Source: Klebsormidium nitens (Eukaryota; Plantae; Klebsormidiophyceae). From it: a stretch of 64,000 nucleotides of DNA. This document shows, in pieces, positions 47,901 to 59,500 of the stretch; position 1 is the first letter of the stretch; the number at the start of each line of letters is the position of its first letter. A model generated the notes under the pieces. It was not told where the DNA came from, made no database searches, and saw only the letters and a list, made by a program, of their open reading frames with translations. A program made the position numbers and the translations under genes. The stretch lies in contig DF237009.1 of the NCBI GenBank assembly GCA_000708835.1, positions 62,001 through 126,000 of the forward strand. Direction: 5' to 3'.

Positions 47901-50900
47901 TCCGTTTTTTCTGAAAGTGCAAGCTTCTGTGCTGAGCACCATGTGGTGAGGGAGCCAGTGCTGCTTATCAAGGTATATTGTGAACGCTCTTTGTGTGCTC
48001 TCAGCCAACCACCTTCCAAAATTATCGAGTTCCATACTTGTTAGAGGCGCATCAGAACTTAGAAGCCTTCCTTGCACCATGTTCGCAGGCCCATCTGGAC
48101 GATGAGAAGCTAGCGCACAAGCCGCGACCGATCCACGAGATGGAGAACCGGGTCAAGTCGTACTTGGAGGAGCTGAACAATGCCCAGGCAACAATTAATC
48201 GTTTACTGGTAAGAGGAGACACAACACTTCTTACATCACTAATGTTGCAAGTCAGAAGCGAAAAAGCTGGACAAAGCAGAATTGACGTTTCTCAGTTGTT
48301 GCTGAAGCCAGGCAGCACGATGCTGGAGAGAGAGTGGCATGCAATTCAACCAGCACTTCCAAGGGCGCTGCACTCCAAATCCATCAATGCTGAGGGACTC
48401 TGGCTTTCAGTGGGAGCATCAGTAGGCTGTTCACCCTGCCCGTCTTCAACTGGTCTTAGGGCCACCCAAAGCCTTGCCTTCCTTTATTTTTGGCATTCTC
48501 TCTGAAGCTCGCGCAGAGACGGGGCTGTTAGACTGCAGCAGTGGTCGTTTCATGGCTCATTCTGGCCCATTCTCGCCCGTTTGATTTTTGGAGAAGAGTG
48601 TTCGTCTCCCTGCCATTCGGTCCGTTGAACGTGCAAGTTCTGATTGTAAGCTGGAATGTTTGCAGGAGGAACGAGACATGGCTATCCAGCGTGAGCGGGA
48701 GACGGTCATTCGGGCGGAGGCTGGGGAAACGGCACGGAGGGCTGTCATTCTAGCAGACAAACGGATAGAGGATCTTGAGGCGAAGCTGCAGGCAACACGG
48801 AATGAAAAGGACTCTCTGGAGAGGCGCCTGACGGAGGCCATCCATGGAGCAGGTTAGTGCGACCTTTGTTTCGGATTCAATGAGTATCGGATATTGGGAC
48901 ATGAAATGGGGATCGTTTTCCTGGTAGCTGATAATCTGCAGAAAGTGTGTGTGGAGCCAGAGCGCACAAGGCAGCATGAGGTATTGAGTCGTGTTACTTT
49001 GTGCTAGCAAGAATGTGCGGGAGTGGACGTCACCGATGGGGAGTCTGATGGCCCTTTCCAGTTGTTACCAGGAAACAGTACAGCACGTTGTGTTTCCGAA
49101 GTGATTTCTTAATCCTTTTCGAAGTACATCTGACCTTTCTAGTGCTGGGTCTCTTCACCGTTAGGCACTTAAGCGAAAGCATGCACATGTTAACCACCGA
49201 GTCTGTATGCAACTACGGACACCTCATGTCTCCGCTTTACTTCTGGCGGGTTTTGGCACAATTCAGACCGCTTCTTCTCCTACGCTCTTCTGAGGCTTTT
49301 GAGGCTTCGAACACACAATCGACTTGCTGAGCATGCGATTGTGTCCTGCAGGCCCGGAGACGGTGGCGGAGCTGCGGATGATGCTTGGGACCTTCCAGAG
49401 CGAGATGCAAATGCTCAAGGGTCAGGTGGAGCGTTTCAAGCTGTCGGCAGAAGCGGTCCCCGCGCTGAAAGCAGAGGTCCACGCGCTGGGGGTTCAGCTC
49501 AGGCATAAGGTGCGAAGGTAGAGCATCCTTTGATTGCTTGGAGTCGAAATATTCTGCCTTTGTTCCGACAAAGCCTGGGCGCTTTCCTGGTCGCTTGAAT
49601 AGGCGCGGCAATGTCCACGTGACGCTGCAGGTAGTCGCATTTTACTGGGGAAGCCTGATGAACATCGTTACGCAGTGCTTTTGTTGTCGAGTTTCTTGTT
49701 GGACTACCTTGATTATGATTAAAGAAGCGACTCTTCAGATTCCGGCGCGTGCACATGTTTGCGTCAACCTGCCATCTCCTTCTGGCGCTTCCACACACAT
49801 CCACCAATCCCTAGCGGAATAAGCCCTTAAACAAACCCAACCTTCAAACTCGCAGGAGGAAGATTGCCAGCGGTTGTCAGAGACGGTGTCGGGCCAGCTG
49901 ACGGAGCTGCGGGAGCTGCGGGAGCAGGTCAAGGCGCTGCGAACTACAGAGCTCGAGCTGCAGCAGTTTGTCGAGATGTTCGAGCAGGCCGCGACGGACC
50001 CCCGGGACGCCATCGAGGCCAAGAAGGCCGAGCGGCGGGCGAGGGTGCAGGTGAGAGGACCAGTGGTAGCATAGCGCTTGGCATGTTGATGTCAGACGCC
50101 TCACTCGTACAGATTTCCTCTGCGGCTTCTTCTTCAGTCCACACGTTTGTCAGCTGCTCGTTCCCTTTGTTTGTGGAACCGTAATTCCTACCAACTTCTT
50201 AGAGAGGTCTTCCTGTGCCCATCGTAGCAGTGTCTCAGATGCAAGGTATGGTTTTTCTAAGCATCCTTTGTTGTTTCTAGGCATCCCAGTCCTAACCATA
50301 TTGGACGATGCTACTTGAGCCTTTCAGCTTTCTGAACGCAAAGACTCAACTTCTATACCCCTGTCTTGTTCAGCCTTCAAGTTCCTGAATACTCTCTGTT
50401 GTCCCACAGATCATGGAGCTCAAGCGGGAGCTGAACGATCATGCCGTCGAGCAGCGGGTGCGCGACGCTCGTGCAGCGCAGGAGAAGGGGCAGCAGAAGC
50501 TGGCCGCCGCGGAGGCAGAGTCGGCGCAACTCAGGAAGAAGGTGGAGAACATGGAGAGGTGAGGCGGCCGGCTTTGAATCCTAACCAAAGTAGGGTGATG
50601 CCCGTTGTTGTTTTTGGAGAGACAGGGCCTTCGCCTGTATCTGTATCTTTTCTTGTCTGACTGGGTTCGCTCTTTTACTGAAGGGCAGGGGCTTTCGCTG
50701 TCTTACTTCGACTTGAGCCTTGTGGAGGCAATGTAATGGTGCAGGCAAGGATGACACAGGCGGACCTGTACTCAGCAGAACGGCGTCCAAAAGGCTGGTT
50801 GACGTCTGGATGGGCCATCTTTGCCGCATGACAATCTGGACAGAAAGCGAGGTTCAAGACGGCTTGTAATCAGTTTTCTCTTATCTTCGCAGAGAGCTTG

Positions 50901-53143
50901 TGGAGCTGCGAGAAAAGTTGGCAAAGAAGGACGGCGACGGGGAAGCACTGGAGTCGGAGATCGAGGTGCGCTTCGTGCCTATCAGGTCGTCGTTTACTGA
51001 ATTCGAAGAAAAGTTGCAAGGCCATTGCACGTATCGCTCACATGTGAGCCTGCAGATTGAGATTATGATTAGATGTAAATGCATTTTGGTCCCTCTGGAA
51101 ATTATCTCCTCAGGGTTCTGAAAGCCTGATTGTCTTGCCTCTTGCAGACCATTGCGAGTGCGGTGGGGGAGTTCGAGGCGCAGAGTATGCGGTTGGAGAA
51201 GAAGCTGGCCGAGCAGAGGGCAGAGAACACAAGGGTGCGACTCCAAAAGCTTCCTCTGTCTATGAACGACGATTTGGAATGACGCCTCCCAGTCGCCCTC
51301 TCAGGCCGTCATGATGGGGTGCTGCCAGTAGACTGGTGTCGTCAATGCAAATTCTTGCATCATGGGTCTCGAAAATTCTTGCCGTCTTCATTTTTGAACT
51401 AGGAGGCAACACTTAGACAGACACGAACAATCGCGCTCTCCCTCGGCAGACTGTGACTGAGGGCCTGGCGGCGAAGCATTGGCCGTTGATCTGGACATGG
51501 AGGCATGACTGAGAAACCCGTTTACACCTAGAAATTTCCGTTGAACAGCATTCTCCCTAAGTGAATCCGCGACACGTAAGAGTTTTTGTAAACGCGGCGC
51601 TCATTTTGTACGTCCTTCTCCCTGCAGATTGCGACCGAGGGCCTGGAAGCGAAGCAGCGGCTGCTGGCTTACGTCTCGGACAAGGAGGCGACGGTGACGC
51701 AGCTGCAGCACGCCAACACTGCGCTGAACCTGCAGCAGCAGCGCGTGAGCCGGCTCGAGGAGCAGCTCCACGTGACCAACCAGCAGCTGCAAAAGGTGGC
51801 GGACGATGCGCGGCACTACCAGATGCAGGCCGAGGGGCTGCGCCGGCAGGCGCAGGGCATCGACGGCGCGCTGCAGGAGACGCGAGGCGCGCTCGAGCAG
51901 GCCGAAAAGGTGGGGTCGGTTCTGACAATGGTTTTTGTGGTGACTCGATGGCTGGCTCGCTTGTTTCTCTTTGAGGGTTCTGGGAGGCGCCTGTGCGCTT
52001 GATTTGGAGGGAGCCGATTCATTATTTTTGGTGTGTGCACCAGTTTTGTCCCTGTCGTATGAAGGGATACCCAGCTTTTATTGCAGATTGTCCAGGCCCA
52101 TTAGTCTGTCTGGATTCACGGCCTGATTACCAGGCTTGGTCGTGGGCCTGGGAAAGAGATGTTTTATCCAATTATTGCCAATGTGAATTTGGGAACTTGA
52201 GCGGTTGCAAAGCAGGTGTGACAAAATTGAAGCCGCCAGCATTAGGTACTTATTGCTTCGGGTCCCTCTCTTTTGGAACAGTCTGATGTCAATGAAGTCA
52301 TTGAGGTCATGGCAGAAGGATAGAGCACCGCAGGCCTCCGTTCTCCTTGTTCTTACTACTGCCCTGTCGATCAGATCGCAGAGTTGCCTATTTACAGGGA
52401 AGTCAAACAGTTTCCCACTCTTCTCAAGGTGCTAGTACGCCTTTCCTTTATTACTGGAACAGGTCAAGTCGGAGCATGTTGCAGATTTTCCAAGGAGCCC
52501 GTTAGAAGAGAGGGATCCTTTTACTTGAGGCCCCTTAACGCTTTTTCTCTTGTTGAAAACAGGTCAAGTCCGAGCGTGCCATCCAGTTGGAAGCTGCTGA
52601 GAAGGAGCTGGCGGACGAGCGGTTCAAGCGGAAACGGGTGGAGGAGGATCTAGAGCGGGAGCGCAGCAAGTGCGCGCGGCTCGCCAAGCACCAGGACCGG
52701 GGCACCGACTCGGAGGCGCTCAACCAAGAGATCAGGACATACCGCAGCATGCTCAAGTGCAAGATCTGCGACACGCGGCAAAAGAGCGTGAGTTACCTCG
52801 TGGAAATGTCCAACAGAAAAAAGTGTGACGATGTCCCTTTCGTGTCAAGAGTTCCTGCCGTTCGTAAGTTGTGCTTGTAGTCAAAAACTGCGAGGAGCTC
52901 TTCGAAAGATCGGATCTCCCGAATTTTCACCTGTCTTCCTCTTGTGCTGGTTCCTGTTCGTCTTTGGATAGGTTATGTTTCTGAGCACGATCATGTGTTC
53001 TGTTGCAGGTGGTCATCACGAAATGCTACCACACCTTCTGTCAGCAGTGCATTACTAGTCGCATCGAGAACAGGATTCGGAAGTGTCCAAGCTGTCAGCT
53101 ACAGTTCGGGGTCAACGACGTTCACGAATTCTTCTTAGTGTAG
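44976..53143 (+). CDS. HUB1: Histone H2B mono-ubiquitin E3 ligase BRE1/HUB1 (coiled coil plus C-terminal C3HC4 RING), about 16 exons
   Basis: First exons 44976-45098, 45393-45645, 45922-46173, 46676-46843, 47076-47281. They contain PKRRK, VLERQNRLL and VNRTWKELIDDL. Terminal exons from 52563 and from about 53010 to 53143 give CKICDTRQKS|VVITKCYHTFCQQCITSRIENRIRKCPSCQLQFGVNDVH, the BRE1-type RING. Confidence 0.92.
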
Positions 53144-54427
53144 ACTTTCCTAGAAGAGCACCGAGAGAGCGAGAATTGCTGAATTAACGTTTCTTTTCCA
53201 CTCGCGCTCTGGCCGCCAATTCTCTGACAGCCTCTAACCTCTGTCTGGTGGGTTCGATAGCTTGAAGTCGAAAGATAGTGTAATATAGACGAGCTTACTT
53301 GGAAGATTCTTGGTATGGCTCAGGCTGTTTGCAATGAACAGAAGGGCATGTCTTTGGGGACGGCTTTTCTTGTTATGCGAAATGTGTCTGATCCAACACC
53401 CGGAAGCACCATGATATGCACCACTTGTTGTGTTGAGAGCTCCCTTTTAAGTGAATTTGTGATCTCATGAGTTGGCGGCGTCTGAATAGGTTGTCCTTGC
53501 ACATGCTACCTAGTTAGCCAGACGATCACCTGACAGTCTGACATGCAAGGCCTGAAGTATCACTGGGAGCTAGTAGGTAAGCATTGTGTATATGAGAACA
53601 CGAATGGCAGAGCCGGAAGCATCCTCACCACTTGCGGTCCACAAGATAGCAAGAACGATTCTATCTGAAGAACAAGTCAGCTAATACTTGTTCCGTCTTC
53701 CATGCTTCATAAATCAGCTCTTAGATATCGGGCATGGTGATCATACTATGAGAATCAAAAGTAATACAATCCTCATCAGTGTAGCAAATTCATGACCTGC
53801 AGCCGACCATCTCGTGTAACGGAGCTTGAACGTGACGCGATCTAATGGATGTCGAGACTGTCGTCATGGGCACATAACACTGATCGAACATGTAAAACCC
53901 CATGCTGCATGCAAGTCACATGCAAATGAAGTATATTGCCACGTGCAACGCCACAGTCTCTCGGCCTCTGCCTGTTGGAGACGCATGCAGGAACGGATTT
54001 TATCGCGGCTTGGTTCTGTACGTGCGTTTGCACAAGTAACGTCCGGTCAAGTACTTTGCCGCAGTGTACATAAGTTCAATCGAGAACATGTGAAAAATTG
54101 TCAAATTCATATGTATGCAATCAATATCCAGGCCATGATGTAGTGGAAGTGGCAGCGTACGTGAATTGATGTATTAAACGTAATTTGCATCCGCATTAAC
54201 ACAGTATACCTCCCTAAAGTTGTGCCTCAACCTATTCATTCAGCGGTGCACAAATGTGTTCGGATTCCAATTTGCGTTTGCTCGTCTGCGGGCCTGCCGA
54301 GATTGTAGATTTGTAACCTATGGATGTTAGGCTTGATTGAATGTATCAATGTGTGCAGAGGAAAGGGATTCCTTGGCTGATGTCGCATCTCTTGAGAGGG
54401 GGCTGCGGGCGTCTAGCTTTTTCACAA

Positions 54428-57183
54428 CTATTCCACCACCTCCTCGCAGAAGATGCAAAACTCGTTGAACGCTGCGCGCATGAGCGACCCCTCCGCCGCG
54501 CGGTGCTTCCGCGCAATCTGGTTGTACCAGTGGAAGACACGTGTCTCGTTGCGCATGCGCGCCCAAAACGTCGCCTGCTCGTCGGCGCTCTTGGCGGTCC
54601 CATTCACACCAGAGTACGCCCAGATGTTCTTATAGTAGATTGGGTACATTGCCATGGTCGGCAGGACGGTGTAACTGCCCTCCAGGTCTTTGCGCGAGAG
54701 CATGCGTCTGAGAAGACCGGGGCCGTTGTATTCCCACTTCTCCTGCGCCCAGGAAAGAGTGACGTCAGGCTCCAACCACGTGAAACCGTACTGGCATTTC
54801 GGCGCTCGTAGAGCTTTGAGCTGAGGAGGAGTGGCGTCAGCGTGCGGGCCGGGGACCCCACACTATTTTGCTGTGGCTGGATCCAGTCCTCTTTGAGGAC
54901 CGAAAAGAGCAGTTGCGCTTTCAGACAGTCGCTAAATGACGACAAACCTTAACACCTCGACGAGGAGCGTCAAGTCATTTGAACGACTGATGGACGACAA
55001 AAAAATGGTGTATGTCATAAATGCCCCGGAGAATATCGACCTGCTCTCTTTGACGACCAGAGCGCATACCGCGGCAGAGACGGAGCTGAAGAAAAGTCTC
55101 CACTCGAGACCGCGTTTCGTTTGTCGTACTCAAATTAGCGCGAATTGACCATTTGATGATGCCAGGCGCGGAACAATGATCAGTTCCTAAAACACGAGGA
55201 CTAGTCAGCCTCACCTGGTTGTAGTTGCCGCTCGCCTCGACCATGCACTCGTACAAGAAACTGCTGCCTCGGTCAAATATCAGTACGGCTCCTGCGAAGT
55301 CACAACAACAGTTTGATGATTCACATTGCCAAGATGTAAGAGAGCCTGTCTGTCAGAAATGCTTTGTACTAGCTGTATCTTCACCCACTACTGGTGCGTA
55401 TCCTCACAATCTATCGACGCAATCGAATTCAACCATGGAAAGGACAGTTTCGATTCTGATTGAGCAGCCACGTTTCGAAACGTCTATTCTGAAGTCTCGT
55501 AAGATCGCTCGCAAGGTTAGAAAGTTGCAGCGACGATCTCACCATTCACTTGCTTAGGCGTACCCGTTCTGCGGTCAGTCATCTGCGCGCCGAAGGAGTT
55601 TCGGACGTCCGTGACGTCATTCATGACGATGCAGTCCGTGTCCATGTACACGCCTGCGGACAGGTCAGGAAACCGTCAGCCAGTGTCCGAATGTGACAAT
55701 ATCTCCAGAGAGTTGGGGGCTTGATTGCTCTAAGATTTCGGAGATGGTTCTTGTACCATATCCTTTTCAGGGGCTTGATTGCTCTGAGATTGCGAAGACC
55801 ATCAGCCGGTGTCTGTCCCAGCAACATACCTTACCGAGCCACTGTTCAGAATAGTCAAACTCCCGTTCGAAGGATCTGCTCATCGAAGTATCAATCAAGG
55901 AAATAAATATCGAAAGATGCAGACGGAGACAGCAAAAAGAGGGAGAGCAGACGGGGATCAGTCGAGTTTTATGTCGTCCGAAGTCCCAAGTCCCGTTTCT
56001 GCTTTGAGCGGCCATAGTACGAGATGGCGGTCCGCTGGTAACATGTTTCCACCGCAAAGTATTGAAGCCATATTTGCAGCAGATTGGATCTCTAAGACTA
56101 AAAGTTCATGAAACAAAATGGAGAAGATCCAAAACGAAAAAATACTCCATCTGTGGGCTTCCTAATTCGCTGGTGGATTCGCTTCGAACTAAAAATCCAA
56201 GAGCGCTCACCTCCAAACTTGTACACAATCGCGAGGCGCATCAGATCTGTGAAGTGCGAGAAAAAGTGTTTCCCTTTGCGCCGCTCGTCCACCTTCTTAT
56301 ACCACACCTCCACCGGCGTGTACTTCACGAGTGACGTCACGTCGAACTCGTCGAGAATCAGTAGCCGGAATCCGCGGGCCTGCAGCTCGCTCATGAACCG
56401 GTTCTCGAACTTGAGCACCGAGAGGAAGATGACGCAAGCGCGGGGGTGCGTGACGAAAGCGCTCTCCACCGACCGGAGATGCCGCATTTGGAACCCGCTG
56501 GATTTTAGGGTTTTGTTCGGCGCGCTGGTCGTCGTCCAGAGCATGAAGAAAGTAACGGGACAACCGGTTTCTTGAATATAGTCCCCGATCGATCTCTCGA
56601 CCCCCGTCGCAGGGTGGTGAAAGCAACCGGGCTCTTCCGCCGGCCAGTTCTTGCCGGGCAATGAATCCCCAACCGCTTTCACTTCCACATCAGGCATGTC
56701 CAATGGATTCTTAAGCTGAGAAGAACCGTTCGCGAGGATGCTTTCCTCCCCTAGATTCCCTAATGAGACTTCCGGCTTAGAGACGCCTTCTCTTCCTTCT
56801 CTCACCGAGCCTTCCATCGCATCAAACTCTTCGGCCAAAGCATTCGATGCCATGATTTCCCTCTCCTTTCTGGTCCCACTTCGTGAAAACTCTGGGAATC
56901 TTGCCTCTCCGGAAACTTCTGCTGCAGCTCCCAGCTCCCATGGACTCCCTCTCTCTCCCCTCACCCCGTTTCTGAAGCTCTCTGCTGAGCTGCTTTTGGC
57001 CCCCTCTGCGATTCGGGAGCTCTTTGCGATGCGGTCGGTGATATTTACCGGGGGAGCCCCACTCCCCGCCAATTTGTTGCCAAATCTCAGGAAGGGCTCC
57101 GACGAGAGCCACGTGTAACAACAAGTGCTCAGGATGACGAGCCACAGCACCAGATGCATGGCGCTTAGCGGAGGAGGGTTCAT
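54428..57183 (-). CDS. Type II membrane alpha-1,4-glycosyltransferase (GT32, DXD / Gb3-synthase-like)
   Basis: Exons 57183-56211, 55653-55543, 55291-55215, 54742-54428. N-terminal TM segment (LVLWLVILSTCC), FFMLW, SVESAFVTHP, SHFTDLMRLAIVYKFG|GVYMDTD (DXD), NGAVLIFD, WEYNGPGLL, FHWYN. Confidence 0.9.
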
Positions 57184-58482
57184 TTCCTTTGCTTGATTGG
57201 CTCAGGGGAGGAAAGTTGATCAGAGGAGCTCCGAAGAAGAGGCTCATGAGAGAAATCAAACCCGTTTCGAGAGAATGGCCGAAGGAGGAAAGAGATTGGG
57301 TATAATGGAAGCAATAGGAGCCTATTCGATTGATCACAGCTCCTTGAAGCAAGTGCCTCCGAGATCTATTGCCAAAAAGGGGAGAGCAGGAAGGAGGAAG
57401 ATCTCAGTACACAAATTTTGAACAGGTGGAAAAAGTAGGTTCTATATATGGTCTTGATTCCAACTTCTTAGTCCAACGTTTTCTTTGAAGGAGATTGTGT
57501 TTTTCAATGTGGTTTGCTTCAGAAAAATGAAACAAGCACCACTAGACCGTGGATCAGATCCCAAGATTGTGAGGACGACAGATCAATTTCAGCGGTCTCC
57601 GCTGTACAATACTCCCCCTCGGAAACGACAATCAGGGCAGAGGTATTTCGTCCATGTGGAAATCGCGAGAAGACTCCTACTCAATGCTGCAGCTCAATAA
57701 CTTCGGATGTTGGAAGAGACACTTGCTGCAACCACGTCATCACTAGTGTAACTAAACAGGTTTTGGCTGCTAACCAGGCTGAATAATCACAATTGATTCT
57801 CGTTCTTTCACTACTGTAGTCACGGGGCTCTTAAAGCATCTTATAGTCTTGGTACTGAGTCCCGTCATTTGACATATAACCACCTTCTAACGAGCCCGGA
57901 ACCGCACTTGATCAACCGCTAAAAACCATTTTGGGTTCGATCGAGGTAGATTGAACTGCATTCAAGGCACGTTATTGTGAACAAACTGAGCTGCTAGCAG
58001 TTGGATCAGCTTAAAACCAGGCATCATTTATGCCTGCATAGAGAAGGTGATGACTGAAGAGACTGTTTCAAGAACACGACAATCTTGTTGGCTTGACAAG
58101 TCCAACTTTGACAGGCGGTTTAGGTGAATCGTACAATCACTGGCCCATCGATCCCCAAGCTTAAGTTCGTCGATTGGAAGGCGTCGCCGCAAAGGCGACT
58201 TCACGAGGTTCATTGCACCCCCACATCATGTACCCTAGACTGTTTTGTCTCGAATCTATCTCGGTTCGTGACACGACCGAGAAGTTCAATGACGAGGCGA
58301 CAAATGTTAAAATAACCACCGGACAGCTGTCAGAGAAGCTTTTCTTATCTGTACCGTTTTGAACGGGGCTAGCGATACGCTCCAGCTGATCCTTGGGTAC
58401 CAACTTGAAATTCTTCGCGATAGGATCAGGATCGCATGAACCAACGGTTGCAAGCTACAACAGCAAAACGGCATGGCCAACG

Positions 58483-58638
58483 TTTTGGTTGTGCGCAATG
58501 GCCATGAATTTGTGGCATATGCATAGGAAATTTGGAAGTAGGGTCTGGCAGGTTTGCAAGTTTTGGTTGTGCGTATTGGCCATGAACTTGTGGCATATGC
58601 ATAGGACATTTGGAAGAAGGGTCCGGCAGGTTTGCAAA
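58483..58638. repeat. 78-bp tandem duplication, intergenic
   Basis: 58483-58560 and 58561-58638 are about 90 percent identical. Confidence 0.9.
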
Positions 58639-59500
58639 TTTTGCAAGACCTTACGGCTTTCCTTCCTGATTTCAGTGCCTTTTTCGAAGAGGAAGCAAGG
58701 GCAACATCGTGGCGGCACGTACGATCTGGAGCGCCACGTGGCGCGGAATAACGGGCTGGAAAGAGCCGGGCGCGAACGCGCGCATGGGACTGCGCAGCGC
58801 GCGCGGCCTCTGGTACGCTGCTCTCGGCGGCTAGATCTTCTCACCTATCTAAAATGCGGAACAAAAAGATAAAAAATTATGCACTTCAACCTCACATAAA
58901 GGTTCAGGAGGCCTTCTCGGGTGGTTCTGGATACGATCGAAGTGTAGGATCCGAACTTGTGAGCAGTATTGTGAAACTTGATGATTCAACATTCTACCTG
59001 ATACGTCAGGAAGCGCGGAGATCATGTTCATCCGACAACATGTTAGCTATGGCTTTTATGTTTTCCCAGTCTTGCCAAGCACATGCCCATGCATGATGCC
59101 CACAATCCACATGATCAGGCGTGTTCAAGACGTCATCGTACTTGCATTCAAGCTTGAGGTACTGCCAAGGTTTTGGAGGGCGAGACAACATTGAAGGCTT
59201 TGCACTCATTGGAGGCTTCCTCAAACGATTTCTTCTGCACGTCGGAACTGGTATCTTGCGCAAAGTGGTATGTATCGAAGAAGTTAAGCACGCGTTTCAA
59301 TAAAACCCACCTAACGATTTTCGAAATTGACCCTTGATACTCAATTTATACGGTCCGAATATCAGTCCGATACGCTCCTTGCCTCCCCCGCTGAGCATCC
59401 AATCCAGTGCCGGCAGAAGAGTGACGTGGCGCCAGGTGCTGATCCTCTTCATCTGCAACTCGTTTCCTTGTCGGAACGATTCCCCTCCATGCTGTTAGCA

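Noticed and set aside
55292-55560. Suspected missing micro-exon in the glycosyltransferase
   Set aside because: Resolved by the later donor at 55542, which gives GTPKQVNGAVLIFD and restores the conserved N-x-AV motif.
55700-55800. About 30-bp direct repeat in GT32 intron 1 as an exon echo
   Set aside because: It does not match either flanking exon, so it is an ordinary intronic duplication.
58393-58872. 159-aa and 129-aa overlapping ORFs with Cys/His repeats as zinc-finger genes
   Set aside because: Spacing does not fit a known finger, codon usage is unlike the real exons, and the length is explained by the 78-bp duplication.
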